Source: Candidatus Methanomethylophilaceae archaeon
GTDB taxonomy: Archaea; Thermoplasmatota; Thermoplasmata; Methanomassiliicoccales; Methanomethylophilaceae
Length of the DNA stretch: 64,000 bases
Assembly: GCA_944320495.1 (NCBI GenBank)
Contig: CALUHR010000013.1
Coordinates: forward strand, 384,001 to 448,000
Direction of reading: 5' to 3'
Positions 1-10,276 of the stretch are shown piece by piece. Within the stretch, counting starts at the first letter, position 1; every line of letters starts with the position of its first letter. A model generated the notes under the pieces. That model saw nothing but the letters and a program-made list of their open reading frames with translations, had not been told where the DNA came from and searched no databases. The translations under genes and the position numbers were made by a program.

Positions 1-126
1 GACGCTGCCTTCGCCATGGTGGCTATAGCGACCTCCATCGTCGTGGAGATCAGCTGGGTCATCTTCATGGACTCGGTGCTCTTCAACCGCCGCAGGATGG
101 AGAAGGAGCTCGCCGCGGAGGCCTGA
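1..126 (+). CDS. 3' end of a membrane protein (partial)
   Basis: Frame 1 is open from base 1: DAAFAMVAIATSIVVEISWVIFMDSVLFNRRRMEKELAAEA, then TGA at 124-126. Hydrophobic helix followed by a charged tail. Confidence 0.6.
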   Translation, partial: DAAFAMVAIATSIVVEISWVIFMDSVLFNRRRMEKELAAEA

Positions 127-279
127 GAAGCCTATACAAACCCCTGCCCCGGAGTGGAGGTCACGAGATCCTCCCCCCCCCCTCCGGGAAGGGGCCTTAT
201 GATGGCGGTTCCGCCATCATTCAGCAGTATATCTAGATTAATCCAAATACGACGAAGTAGTGGCGGCGTCAGAGAGACC

Positions 280-894
280 ATGCCGAACTTCGACGATGTT
301 TACTGGAACTCTTTCCTGCCTGCCTTCTTCGACAGGATGAGCGTCCTGATGAGGAAGAACATGACGCACATCGTCGAGGACTACGGTCTCACGAGCGCTC
401 ACGCGATCTACCTCATAGCGCTGAAGCTGCAGGACGGCCAGACCCTCGTCAGCCTGTCCCGCTTCCTCGACCTCGACACGGCGAACACCAACCGCGTGAT
501 CAAGGTCCTCAGGTCCAAGGGCCTCGTCTACGACGACAGGAGGTCGGAGAACAGCAAGAAGTACTCCATCTTCCTGACCGAATCAGGGAGGGATCTCGCC
601 ACCAGGCTCATGGACGGCATAACGGAGCTCAACAACCAGTACTTCGCCGACATCCCCCGCGAGGACATCCTCCACATGCGCAAGACGCTGATCCATGTCT
701 GCAACAACATGAACATGGACATCGACGGATACATGGGCTCGAAGCACGAGAACCCGTTCTTCACGCTCCTGCACATAACCCCTCTGGACGGCGACTACGC
801 CACCGAGTCCAGGCGTCTCGTGGAGCCCGCCATGGCGGCTCGCGAGAAGGCCTGTGCGGCCGACACCGGAGTCTCGGGGGTAAGGTCCGCATGA
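280..894 (+). CDS. MarR-family transcriptional regulator
   Basis: Winged-HTH pattern (LSRFLDLDTANTNRVIKVLRSKGLV...YSIFLTESGR). ATG 280 preferred over GTG 154. ATGA overlap with the next gene. Confidence 0.85.
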   Translation: MPNFDDVYWNSFLPAFFDRMSVLMRKNMTHIVEDYGLTSAHAIYLIALKLQDGQTLVSLSRFLDLDTANTNRVIKVLRSKGLVYDDRRSENSKKYSIFLTESGRDLATRLMDGITELNNQYFADIPREDILHMRKTLIHVCNNMNMDIDGYMGSKHENPFFTLLHITPLDGDYATESRRLVEPAMAAREKACAADTGVSGVRSA

Positions 895-1457
895 GCAGGA
901 TAGTCGCCGTGGTGGCCAGCCCGCGCGAGGAGGGGAACTCCAACGCGATCGTGGACGCCATCCTCGAAGGGGCCATGGGCCTCTCCACCAACATCATCGA
1001 CCTCTACGCCCTCGACGGCCTCCGGCTCGTCCACGGCTGCAGGGGATGCAGGGCCTGCAAGACGTCGGGGAGATGCGCCCAGGACGACGAGATCTCCGAC
1101 GTGCTGGAGGCCATCCGCGAGGCGGACTGCGCGGTGTTCTCCACGCCGGTGTACTTCGCGGCCGAGTCCGCCCAGTTCAAGGTCCTGGAGGATCGCATGT
1201 TCTCGTTCATCGGAGCCGACGGCAAGCCGAACCTGGAGCCCGGCAAGAGGGCGATCCTGGTGGTCACCTGCAGCGGCCCGGAGGATGCGGCGGCGGCCGC
1301 GACGGTCGAGCGCCTCTCGGCGATAATCCCTCGGCTGGGTTTCGACCTCACGGATACGATCGTGTTCTCGGATGCCGGAGGCACCCGTCGCGCGGCCGAC
1401 GACGCTGACCTCATGGCGAGAGCGAAGGCCGTCGGTCTCTCGATGAGGAACACCTGA
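891..1457 (+). CDS. Flavodoxin-like iron-sulfur flavoprotein / NADPH-dependent FMN reductase family
   Basis: SPREEGNS FMN loop, CxGCxxC(x5)C motif, STPVYF. Confidence 0.85.
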   Translation: MSRIVAVVASPREEGNSNAIVDAILEGAMGLSTNIIDLYALDGLRLVHGCRGCRACKTSGRCAQDDEISDVLEAIREADCAVFSTPVYFAAESAQFKVLEDRMFSFIGADGKPNLEPGKRAILVVTCSGPEDAAAAATVERLSAIIPRLGFDLTDTIVFSDAGGTRRAADDADLMARAKAVGLSMRNT

Positions 1458-1673
1458 TCGCTCCTCGTCGTCCTCGACGTACTCCAGGATGTCCCCCGGC
1501 TGGCAGTCGAGGGCCTTGCATATCCCGTTCAGCGTCGAGAATCTTATCGCCGCGATCTTCCCGGTCTTGATGTTGGACAGGTTGACGTTCGATATCCCGA
1601 CCTTCTCGGCCAGCTGGTTGAGCTGGATCTTGCGGTCGGCCATGACCCTGTCCAGGCGGAGTATTATCGTCAT
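1458..1673 (-). CDS. Cro/CI (YozG-like) HTH regulator, 71 aa, ending at CGA
   Basis: LDRVMADRK...IRFSTLNGICKALDCQPGDILEY is the complete small family protein. An in-frame CGA at 1458-1460 abuts the stop of the convergent gene. The standard code would extend it to TAG at 795. Confidence 0.85.
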
Positions 1674-1677
1674 GGGA

Positions 1678-2181
1678 TCACAGCGTGTGGTCCGACTCGT
1701 CCTGGAGGACGGCCCCGTAGCGGAAGACGATCGACAGGCAGTACATCACGACGCATACGAGCAGCGTTCCGAGGAAGATGAACAGCGCCTCGGTCACGGT
1801 GCTCCCTGCCCCGATCTCCAGTGACAGCAGCACGAACGATGACACCAGGTAGACGATTGAGACGGCCTTCATCGAGGATGCGATGCCCTCGGTGAAGGGG
1901 GTGTGCGAATCACGGAGGGCGATCATCATCCTGCGGATGGAGTCCACCGTGACGGAGCCCAGCAGGAGTATGAAGACGGTCTCGGCGAAGCGGAATCCCT
2001 CCAGGTCGCCGAACACGGCGTAGAACGGCTCCAGGGCCTCATGGAAGCTGTCCGAGGCCATCGACGCGATGCCGAGTATAACTGTGATCGCGATGCATGC
2101 CGCGAGGACGATCTCCCCGGCCGCCATCACGGTGGCGGCGTAGCGGCATATCTTCCTCAGGGTCCCGAGGTCACCCTTCAT
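1678..2181 (-). CDS. DUF2975-family membrane protein
   Basis: Four hydrophobic helices, C-terminal FRYGAVLQDESDHTL, and the typical position directly upstream of a YozG-like HTH gene. Confidence 0.8.
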   Translation of the reverse strand: MKGDLGTLRKICRYAATVMAAGEIVLAACIAITVILGIASMASDSFHEALEPFYAVFGDLEGFRFAETVFILLLGSVTVDSIRRMMIALRDSHTPFTEGIASSMKAVSIVYLVSSFVLLSLEIGAGSTVTEALFIFLGTLLVCVVMYCLSIVFRYGAVLQDESDHTL

Positions 2182-2257
2182 GGGCGGTACGAATGATGGT
2201 GAGGATTAATGATTATCGATAAGGATCGCGGCCGGGGAGGTCCCCGGCGCAGAGGTT

Positions 2258-2476
2258 TCAGTCCCTGCCGTTGATCTCGTCGGCGACCTTCTCCAGGTCC
2301 TCGGGGATGATCGGCTTGCCGGCTGCCTTCCTGGCCATGTGGCCTCCGGGTCCGCCGCGAGCGACGCGGGCCTTCTCGAGGCATTCTGGGCTGTCGCAGA
2401 CGAACGACGCATAGGCGATGTTCTTGCAGGGTCCCCCGCAGAACTCGCACTTGTAGTCTTCGAGATTCAATGCCAT
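2258..2476 (-). CDS. Small putative Zn-binding protein (72 aa)
   Basis: CEFCGGPC...VCDSPEC, host-like codon usage, followed by a hairpin. Confidence 0.7.
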   Translation of the reverse strand: MALNLEDYKCEFCGGPCKNIAYASFVCDSPECLEKARVARGGPGGHMARKAAGKPIIPEDLEKVADEINGRD

Positions 2477-2518
2477 TGTCCCACCGGATGCTTTCGTAGG
2501 ATATACGGGTCACCCGCA

Positions 2519-3319
2519 TCGGTTTAGGTCCATGCCGAACACGACGGACGGTGCCGCGTATGTGATCGATCCCAGGGAGACGATGTCCGCCCTGCCGATG
2601 TACGCCGGGATGTCGTCCGGGGAGATCCCTCCGGAAGCTTCGACGAGGATGCGGTCGCTGACCGCCTTGACGGCGTCGCGGATCTGTCCGGTCAGCTCGG
2701 GACCGCAGTTGTCGGCCATGACGATGTCCGCTCCCATCTGGGCGGCGGTGACGGCGTCGTCGACGTTCTCCACCTCGACCTCCACCTTCACGGCGAAGGA
2801 CCTCTTGGAGAGTCTCTCCATGCAGGCGCGGACGCCCCCGCACGCCTTGATGTGGTTGTCCTTGACCATGATCATGGAGTCGAGGCCCATCCTATGGGGG
2901 TCGCCACCAGCGATCCTCACTGCCTCCTTCTCGAAGTCGCCGAACCCGGGGGTGGTCTTCCTGGTGGCCGCGACGACGATTCTCCCGTCGGCCTTCGCGA
3001 CGGCCGCGGAGGTCGCGGTGGCGACCCCCGACATCCTCATCAGGATGTTCAGGGCCGTGCGCTCGATGGTTATCATGGACCTCATGGGTCCGGAGAGGGA
3101 GAGGACCCTCGTGCCGGCCGCGACCCTGTCCCCGTCCCTCACGAGGGGCGTCACGGACACCCCGGCGGACTCGAACAGGTCCTCCACGATCGAGATCCCG
3201 GCGACGGTGCAATCGCCCTCGCAGACGATGCGGGCGGTGCCGTCCGTGTCCGGGACCGTCAGCTCGGTGGTGATGTCGCCGCGGCCCACATCGGCCCTGA
3301 GGAACCTCTCCGCGTCCAT
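2519..3319 (-). CDS. nadC: Nicotinate-nucleotide diphosphorylase (carboxylating), QPRTase
   Basis: ATRKTTPG, HRMGLDSMIMVKDNH, EVEVEN, EASGGI motifs. CGA at 2519-2521; standard-code TGA at 2510. Confidence 0.95.
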
Positions 3320-3321
3320 GG

Positions 3322-4557
3322 TCACACGTCCAGCTCGAACTCCTCGCCAGTCTTCGGCAGGAGCACGTTGTAGTCGGTGAGGTCGGGAAGGAACTTCTCG
3401 CGCGCTTCGGAGTGCATGAAGATGACGTTGTCCGGGTCGCAGGCCTTGATGAACTCGATGATCTGGTCGTGGTCCGCGTGGGCCGAGAAGTCGTACTTCT
3501 GCAGCTCACACTCGACCTTGCAGATCTCGCCGTCGATGTTGACGCAGCGCTGCTCCATGAGCATCCTTCCGTTGGTGTCCTCGGCCTGGTATCCGACGAG
3601 GAGGATGGCGCTCTTCGGGTCGTTCTTGATCTTGTTGAGGTAGCGGATGACGGGGCCCCCGTCCAGCATGCCGCCGGTGGTGACGATGATCTGGCCCTTC
3701 ATGGCGATGTCCCTGCTGCCGGGCCTTCTGACCTCGTTGAACCTCTTCTTGGCCTGCTTGAGCTGCCTCTCGTCCCTGAGGTACTCGGGGTAGTCGAGGA
3801 ACAGGCGGGTGACGGAGCGTCCCATGCCGTCTACCCACATCTCGTAGTCCAGGTCCTTCAGGAGCATCATGATCTCCTGGGTCCTGCCCACGGCGAAGCA
3901 GGGGATGAGGACGGTTCCGCCGCGGTCGATGACCTCCTCCACCTTGGCGAGGAACTCCCTCTCCGTCTGCTTCCTCGGAGGGTGGTTGCGGTCCGCGTAG
4001 GTCCCCTCGATGAACAGGTTGTGGCAGTCCTTCGGCTTGGCGCCCTTGACCAGCCTCTGGGCCTCGGTGTGGATGTCGCCCGAGTAGATCGTGGTGGTGT
4101 CGCGGGCGAACTCGAACATGGCCGCCCCGGGGACGTGTCCCGCATCGAGCATCGCCACGTCGACGTGGCCGACGGTGATCTCGTCGCCGTAGGTCATGGG
4201 CACGACGCACTGCATGGTCCTCTCGATGTCGTCGGCGGTGTAGGGCTGGACGTAGTTCTCCGCCTTGGCGATCTTGAGGGTGTCCTTCATCATCAGCTCC
4301 GCGACCTCGGCGGTCAGGGGGGTGGTGAAAACCTCGCACCTGTCCCTTCCGACGACCTGGGGGACCATCCCGCAGTGGTCCAGGTGGCAGTGGGTGAGGA
4401 ACATGTGGTCGATCTTTGGCGCCTCCAGAGGGAACTCCGGGGGCTTGGTGGGGCTGAGGCCGTACTCCACGAGGAGCCTCATCCCGTCCCCTTCCATCGT
4501 CATTCCCATGCGGCCGACCATGTCAGCGCCGCCCAGAAACTTGAATTTCATTTTCAT
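3322..4557 (-). CDS. Beta-CASP metallo-beta-lactamase ribonuclease (aCPSF2-like)
   Basis: THCHLDH, AGHVPG, YSGD, EGTY, FAVGRTQE and FSAHAD motifs. Start taken as MKMKF. Confidence 0.92.
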   Translation of the reverse strand: MKMKFKFLGGADMVGRMGMTMEGDGMRLLVEYGLSPTKPPEFPLEAPKIDHMFLTHCHLDHCGMVPQVVGRDRCEVFTTPLTAEVAELMMKDTLKIAKAENYVQPYTADDIERTMQCVVPMTYGDEITVGHVDVAMLDAGHVPGAAMFEFARDTTTIYSGDIHTEAQRLVKGAKPKDCHNLFIEGTYADRNHPPRKQTEREFLAKVEEVIDRGGTVLIPCFAVGRTQEIMMLLKDLDYEMWVDGMGRSVTRLFLDYPEYLRDERQLKQAKKRFNEVRRPGSRDIAMKGQIIVTTGGMLDGGPVIRYLNKIKNDPKSAILLVGYQAEDTNGRMLMEQRCVNIDGEICKVECELQKYDFSAHADHDQIIEFIKACDPDNVIFMHSEAREKFLPDLTDYNVLLPKTGEEFELDV

Positions 4558-4839
4558 TGTCCGAACTCCTTTTCGTATTCCGGTCCGGGGGACCGTATGT
4601 GAAAGGGGGCGTACCCCCCATCGACTGTGATGTGACACAGGGCTGTGAACCCCGTATTATAAGGATAGAGGGACCCTATTCTGCGCTATTATTTTAATCT
4701 AAGTAAGAGAGGGAAGGTCGGCACCGAAGCGTTTCAGACAATCGAATGTCTGAAACGCATCAGAACAACAGGATGTGCTGGCTCTTTTCGGCGGGACAAT
4801 GTGCCAACACTCTTAAATCAGTCATTCCTATTCCGCGGC

Positions 4840-6708
4840 ATGGGAGCGCTCGACAAGAGAATATTCAGCGGAGTCGCGTTCGTCGCGGCTCTGTTGGCCA
4901 TCGTGTCAGCCGCCTTGCTCTACTCGAGCGGGGCGGAGCCCTCGGCAGATGGCAACTCCACCGCATTGTACATACTGCTGGTCGCAGGAATACTCGCGAT
5001 CGTATACTCCATCTCCATGTTCCTCGACGGATCCAGTTTCGTCAGGAAGGTCTCAGGCATCCTCGTCCTGGTGTCTGGCATAATGTTCATCGCCACCCCC
5101 GTCGCCGGCGAGAGCGCCGCGACCGTTCTCGCCGCCGCGGGCCTCGTCGCAGGTCTCGCGATGGTCGCGGACATGCTCGCCCTGTGGGTCTCCCGCATCT
5201 ACGGCGCGATGTACGTCTCGGCGGTCCTCGCCGCGATTGGCATCGTCACCGGGGCGATGTGCCTCATCAACGGATACAGCGACATCTACGCTCTCATCAT
5301 GCTCCTGGCGTTCGCCGTCTGGCTCGTCATCGGTGCATGGGTGTACGGATTCGTTCGCGAGGAGACCGTCACCAAGACCCGTGAGGTTGTCGAGGACACC
5401 GTCGCTCAGAGGAAGGAGAAGCCCCAGGCCAAGAACAAGAAGGCCACCCCCAAGGCGAAGAAGGCCGAGCCGACGAAGCCCGCCGAGGAACCGAAGGCCG
5501 AGGAACCGAAGGCCGAGGAGCCCAAGAAGGTCAGGACCGTCGAGCTCCCGAAGACCGCCGCCGCGCAGGCAGCCATCCACAAGAGCCAGGATTCCGCGAA
5601 GACCGAGGCCCCCAAGGAGGAGCCCAAGCAGGAGCAGAAGCCTCCCGCGAAGGCCATGGGCGACTTCATGCAGAAGCTCATGAGTTCCGAGGCCGCCAGC
5701 AAGGCGGTCAGGAAAGAGGTCCGCGAGGAGAAGCCCGCGGTGCAGCCCGAGGCCCCCAAGGAGGAGCCCAAGCAGGAGGCCGCCTCGGAGATCCCCGAGG
5801 CGCCCGTCGAGGAGCCCAAGGCCGAGGAGGCCCCCGCAGAGGAGGTCACCGAGGAGAAGCCCGTCGTGGACGTCGCTCCCGAGATGCCCGAGGAGTCCGT
5901 GATCGAGACCCCCGTCGAACCCGTCGAGAAGAACGACCTCTTCAAGACCGAGGAGCCCAACTGGGGAGTCGTCGCCAGGGATTCCGTCACCGAGGAGCCC
6001 GTCATGCGCCTCAAGTCCTCCCAGGAGAGCGAGTCCGCTCCCGAGACGCCCGTCGAGCAGCCTGTGACCGAGGAGCCCAAGGCCGAGGAGGCCCCCGCAC
6101 CCGAGAACGTTCCCGAAACCGGAGAGGCACCTGTGGAGGAGGCGCCCGTCGAGGAACCCGTCGAGGAACCTGCAGGGGAGCCCGTTCCCGAGGTCCCGTC
6201 CGAGCCCGTCCCGTCCGAGGACACCCCCGCCGTGGACGTTGCCCCCGAGGTCACCGAGTCCGTGATCTCCGCACCCGTCGAGACTCCCGCGGAACCCGCA
6301 GAGGAGCCTACCGCCGAGCCCAACTGGGACGTCGTCGCCCGCGACACGTCCGAGCCCGAGCCCGCTCCCGAGGCGCCCGCCGCAGAGGAGCCCGTGGAGG
6401 ACATCTACACCGACAACTCCCCCGAGGCGCTCGTCAGGAGGGCCGCCTGGAACAAGGGCCTGAGGTGCAGGCGCGGATACGGTGAGAGGAACATCCCCGT
6501 CGCCTTCGTCAAGGGCAAGGTCGCCGTCTACGTCGATGACGGAGAGCCCGACACCTCCGGCGACGACGAGCTCCGCGCCGAGGGATGGACCGTCCTCAGG
6601 TACAGGGCGGAGGACATCACCGACGGCAAGGCGCAGGGTGACGAGATCGCCGCCGCCGTGCGTGAGAACACCAAGTCCACGGCCAAGAAGAAGAAGGCCA
6701 AGAAGTGA
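4840..6708 (+). CDS. Membrane protein with long Glu/Pro/Ala-rich linker and C-terminal Vsr/DUF559-like domain
   Basis: About 5 N-terminal TM helices, about 400 aa of acidic repeats, then RRAAWNKGLRCRR...VAVYVD...LRAEGWTVLRY. Confidence 0.75.
   Translation: MGALDKRIFSGVAFVAALLAIVSAALLYSSGAEPSADGNSTALYILLVAGILAIVYSISMFLDGSSFVRKVSGILVLVSGIMFIATPVAGESAATVLAAAGLVAGLAMVADMLALWVSRIYGAMYVSAVLAAIGIVTGAMCLINGYSDIYALIMLLAFAVWLVIGAWVYGFVREETVTKTREVVEDTVAQRKEKPQAKNKKATPKAKKAEPTKPAEEPKAEEPKAEEPKKVRTVELPKTAAAQAAIHKSQDSAKTEAPKEEPKQEQKPPAKAMGDFMQKLMSSEAASKAVRKEVREEKPAVQPEAPKEEPKQEAASEIPEAPVEEPKAEEAPAEEVTEEKPVVDVAPEMPEESVIETPVEPVEKNDLFKTEEPNWGVVARDSVTEEPVMRLKSSQESESAPETPVEQPVTEEPKAEEAPAPENVPETGEAPVEEAPVEEPVEEPAGEPVPEVPSEPVPSEDTPAVDVAPEVTESVISAPVETPAEPAEEPTAEPNWDVVARDTSEPEPAPEAPAAEEPVEDIYTDNSPEALVRRAAWNKGLRCRRGYGERNIPVAFVKGKVAVYVDDGEPDTSGDDELRAEGWTVLRYRAEDITDGKAQGDEIAAAVRENTKSTAKKKKAKK
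5482..5526 (+). repeat. 15-bp tandem repeat x3 (AEEPK)
   Basis: gccgaggaaccgaag twice, then gccgaggagcccaag. The same CDS has longer internal duplications (EAPKEEPKQE x2, EPNWxVVARD x2, VDVAPE x2). Confidence 0.85.
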
Positions 6709-6824
6709 GAGGGCGGACCCCCTCCAAACCCCTTACTCAAACCCCTTCCTTTCTATCGCGCGCCTGCGGACGGGAGCCATAATATATCGCGACTGACTGC
6801 CCCATCCAACCAGAGGCTGAAAGA

Positions 6825-7124
6825 ATGTTTTGCCCATCATGCGGTTCGATGATGTTCCCCCGCGAGGGGAGATACGTCTGCAGCAAGTGCGGTGCCGAGA
6901 AGGATCTGGGCTCCAAGCCGGAGATCATCGTCACCGATTCCAAGAACAGGATGACCACGGTCATCGAGAGCGACACGGCCACCCTCCCGAAGACCCGCAT
7001 CGCCTGTCCCGAGTGCGGCCACACCGAGGCCTTCTTCGTGATCAGGCAGACCAGGGCCGCGGATGAGCCTGAGACCAGGATCTACCGCTGCTGCAAGTGC
7101 AACCACACCTGGAGGGAGTACTGA
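6825..7124 (+). CDS. tfs: Transcription factor S (TFS, RpoM family)
   Basis: Two Zn ribbons and the QTRAADEPET acidic hairpin. Confidence 0.95.
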   Translation: MFCPSCGSMMFPREGRYVCSKCGAEKDLGSKPEIIVTDSKNRMTTVIESDTATLPKTRIACPECGHTEAFFVIRQTRAADEPETRIYRCCKCNHTWREY

Positions 7125-7126
7125 GG

Positions 7127-7864
7127 ATGTTCAAGGCCGATCTCAAGTCGGACACCCTGAAAGGGCTCGTCAACATCATCTCCACCCTGATCGATGAGGT
7201 CAAGTTCACCATCGGTCCGGATGGCATGACCCTGAAGGCCGTGGACGCGGCCCACGTCGCCATGATTGAGATGGAGGTCGGCAAGGACGCCTTCGAATCC
7301 TATGAGGCGGACTCCTGCGAGATCGGGCTCGATCTCGACAAGGTGAAGGGGGTCCTGAAGTTGGCCTCGTCCGGCGACATCGTCAGCATGGAGCAGGACG
7401 ACACCCACGGGAGGCTCGTGTTCAAGGTCGGAAACATCACCAGGCGCATGAACCTGGTGGACACCGCCACGATGAACGACCCGAAGGTCCCCCAGCTCTC
7501 GCTCGCCACCAGCATCAGCCTCATGGTGGACGAGCTGCAGAAAGGTATCCGCGCGGCCGACACCATCTCCGACCACATCACCCTCAGGGCGGGGCCGGAC
7601 TTCTTCGAGCTGTCCTGCGAGGGCGACACCGACTCCGTGAGCCTCAGGCTCGAGGGCAGCTCCCTCCTGGGCATCGAGGCCGCCGAGGAGGTCAGGAGCA
7701 TGTTCCCCCTGGACTACTTCCAGAACATCACCAAGGCCATACCGGCGGGGACCGCGGTCACCGTCGAGCTGGACAGCGACTACCCCGTCAAGCTCGTGTT
7801 CGCGCTCGCCGACGGGGCGGCGAAGGTGAGGTACCTCCTCGCGCCTAGGATCGAGAGCGATTGA
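7127..7864 (+). CDS. pcn: DNA polymerase sliding clamp PCNA
   Basis: LKAVDAAHVAMI, EIGLDL, DYPVKL and YLLAPRIE motifs. Confidence 0.97.
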   Translation: MFKADLKSDTLKGLVNIISTLIDEVKFTIGPDGMTLKAVDAAHVAMIEMEVGKDAFESYEADSCEIGLDLDKVKGVLKLASSGDIVSMEQDDTHGRLVFKVGNITRRMNLVDTATMNDPKVPQLSLATSISLMVDELQKGIRAADTISDHITLRAGPDFFELSCEGDTDSVSLRLEGSSLLGIEAAEEVRSMFPLDYFQNITKAIPAGTAVTVELDSDYPVKLVFALADGAAKVRYLLAPRIESD

Positions 7865-7866
7865 AT

Positions 7867-8697
7867 ATGTCAGCAGACGTCGAGCATCTGAAGAAGATCG
7901 CGGACAGGCTCAGGGTGGACGTCATCGAGATGACGTCCGAGGCCGGATCCGGCCACCCCGGAGGGTCCCTGTCGTCGGCGGACCTCATGGCCGTCCTCTA
8001 CTTCGGGGGATGCATGAGGCACGACCCGGAGAACCCCCAGTGGGAGGACAGGGACCGCTTCGTCCTGTCCAAGGGCCACGTCGCCCCCGTCCTCTACGCC
8101 GCCCTCGCCGAGTCCGGATACTTCCCCACCGAGGAGCTGCTCACGCTCCGCAAGCTGGGCTCCAGGCTGCAGGGCCACCCGGTCCGCGGCAAGGTGCCCG
8201 GCGTCGAGATGTCCACCGGATCGCTGGGGCAGGGCCTCAGCATGGCCTGCGGCATCGCTCTGGCCGGGAAGATGGACGGGAAGGACTACAGGACCTTCTG
8301 CCTCCTCGGGGACGGGGAGCTTCAGGAGGGCCAGAACTGGGAGGCGGCGATGTTCGCCCGCCAGTACGGGCTGTCCAGGCTCATCGCCATCGTCGACCGC
8401 AACCACCTCCAGATCACCGGGGACACCGAGGAGGCCGTCGGCCTCAACCCGCTGCCCGAGAAGTGGAAGGCGTTCGGATGGAACGTCATCGTCATCGACG
8501 GCCACGACATCCAGATGATCATCGATGCGATCGAGAGGGCGTCCGAACCCTCCGACAGGCCCACTGCCATCATAATGGAGACCGTCAAGGGAAAGGGGGT
8601 GTCCTTCATGGAGAACAACGTCGCGTTCCACGGCAAGGCCGCCAATGAGGAGGAGCGCGAGATTGCAATCATGGAGCTCACGGGGGGATCCGAATGA
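7867..8697 (+). CDS. tktA: Transketolase, N-terminal subunit
   Basis: [25 protein letters not shown], and the GDGELQEG ThDP motif. Confidence 0.96.
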   Translation: MSADVEHLKKIADRLRVDVIEMTSEAGSGHPGGSLSSADLMAVLYFGGCMRHDPENPQWEDRDRFVLSKGHVAPVLYAALAESGYFPTEELLTLRKLGSRLQGHPVRGKVPGVEMSTGSLGQGLSMACGIALAGKMDGKDYRTFCLLGDGELQEGQNWEAAMFARQYGLSRLIAIVDRNHLQITGDTEEAVGLNPLPEKWKAFGWNVIVIDGHDIQMIIDAIERASEPSDRPTAIIMETVKGKGVSFMENNVAFHGKAANEEEREIAIMELTGGSE

Positions 8698-9623
8698 AGA
8701 TCGCACAGCGCAACTACTACGGCAAGGCCCTCGCGGCCCTCGCCGCCGACCCCAGGGTCGTCGTCATGGACGCAGACCTGGCCGGATCCACCAAGACCTC
8801 CGAGTTCCAGAAGGTCTGCCCCGAGAGGTTCGTCGAGGTGGGCATCGCCGAGCAGAACATGATCGGCATCGCCTCCGGGCTCGCCGCCTCGGGCAAGGTG
8901 GTCTACGCCTCCACCTTCGGGATATTCGCCACGGGCAGGTGCTGGGAGCAGATCAGGCTCGCCGTCGCCTATCCCAGGCTGAATGTCAGGATCTGCGCCA
9001 CCCACTGCGGTATCACCGTGGGCGAGGACGGCGCGTCCCACCAGGCGCTGGAGGACATGGCGATAATGCGCACCCTCCCCAACATGACCGTCATCTGCCC
9101 CGCGGATGCATACGAGGCGTACGCGGCCACCATCGCCCTCGCGGACTTCGAGGGCCCCGCATACATGCGCATGGGCCGCGCCGACTTCCCGGTCGTGACA
9201 TCCGAGGACGACGTCTTCGAGGTAGGCAAGGCCAGGGTCATGCGCGAGGGCTCCGATGTGACGCTGTTCGGATGCGGCCAGATGACTGCGATGTGCCTGG
9301 AGGCCGCCGAGACGCTGGCATCCGAGGGCATCTCCGCGGAGGTCGTCAACGTATCCACGATCAAACCCATCGACGCCGAGGCCATCGTCGCATCGGTGTC
9401 CAAGACCGGATGCTGCGTCACCGCCGAGGAGCACAGCATCATAGGCGGACTGGGCTCCGCCGTCGCCGAGGTCCTGGCGGACTCCCGCCCCGCCCCACTG
9501 GAGAGGGTCGGAACCAGGGACACCTTCGGCGAGTCCGGGAAGCCGGACGAACTCATGATCAAATACGGGCTCACCGCCGGCGCCATCGCAGACGCGGCCC
9601 GCAAAGTCATCTCAAGGAAGTGA
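8694..9623 (+). CDS. tktB: Transketolase, C-terminal subunit
   Basis: [26 protein letters not shown] motifs. Confidence 0.95.
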   Translation: MKIAQRNYYGKALAALAADPRVVVMDADLAGSTKTSEFQKVCPERFVEVGIAEQNMIGIASGLAASGKVVYASTFGIFATGRCWEQIRLAVAYPRLNVRICATHCGITVGEDGASHQALEDMAIMRTLPNMTVICPADAYEAYAATIALADFEGPAYMRMGRADFPVVTSEDDVFEVGKARVMREGSDVTLFGCGQMTAMCLEAAETLASEGISAEVVNVSTIKPIDAEAIVASVSKTGCCVTAEEHSIIGGLGSAVAEVLADSRPAPLERVGTRDTFGESGKPDELMIKYGLTAGAIADAARKVISRK

Positions 9624-9628
9624 ATCCG

Positions 9629-10276
9629 ATGAAGATTTTCATAGACACCGCCAACCTGGACATGATCAGGGAGATCAACAGCTGGGGGATCCTCGACGGG
9701 GTCACCACCAACCCCAGCCTCATCGCCAAGGAGGGCGTGGACGTCCGCACCAGGGTCAGGGAGATCGCCGAGATCGTCGACGGCCCCATCTCCGCCGAGG
9801 CCATGTCCACCACCGCCGAGGAGATGGTGAAGGAGGGGAGGGAGCTCGCCGCCATCCACCCCAACATCAACGTCAAGCTGCCCATGTGCGTCGAGACCCT
9901 CAAGGCCACCAAGATCCTCGCCTCCGAGGGCATCAGGGTCAACGTCACCCTGATCTTCTCCCCGCTGCAGGCCCTCCTGGCCGCCAAGGCCGGAGCAGCC
10001 TTCGTCTCCCCGTTCATCGGACGCCTGGACGACATCGGCCAGTACGGATCCGACCTCGTCGAGCAGATCATGGCGATCTTCAACAACTACGGCATCGGGA
10101 CCGAGGTCATCGCGGCCTCCATCCGCGGACCCAACCACGTCCTCGACGCTGCGCTGTGCGGATGCGACATCGCGACCATCCCCTACGACACGCTGAAGAA
10201 GATGATCTCGCACCCCAAGACGGACGAGGGCATCGCCAAGTTCGTCGCGGACTACGAGAAGTCCAAGAAGGCATGA
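9629..10276 (+). CDS. fsa: Transaldolase / fructose-6-phosphate aldolase family
   Basis: [37 protein letters not shown]. Confidence 0.95.
   Translation: MKIFIDTANLDMIREINSWGILDGVTTNPSLIAKEGVDVRTRVREIAEIVDGPISAEAMSTTAEEMVKEGRELAAIHPNINVKLPMCVETLKATKILASEGIRVNVTLIFSPLQALLAAKAGAAFVSPFIGRLDDIGQYGSDLVEQIMAIFNNYGIGTEVIAASIRGPNHVLDAALCGCDIATIPYDTLKKMISHPKTDEGIAKFVADYEKSKKA

Noticed and set aside
173-182. C10 run upstream of the MarR gene
   Set aside because: Part of a GC hairpin just after the upstream gene's stop. More likely a terminator than a phase-variation tract.
7867-10276. Transketolase-transaldolase genes in an archaeon
   Set aside because: The non-oxidative pentose phosphate pathway is already known in Thermoplasmatota.
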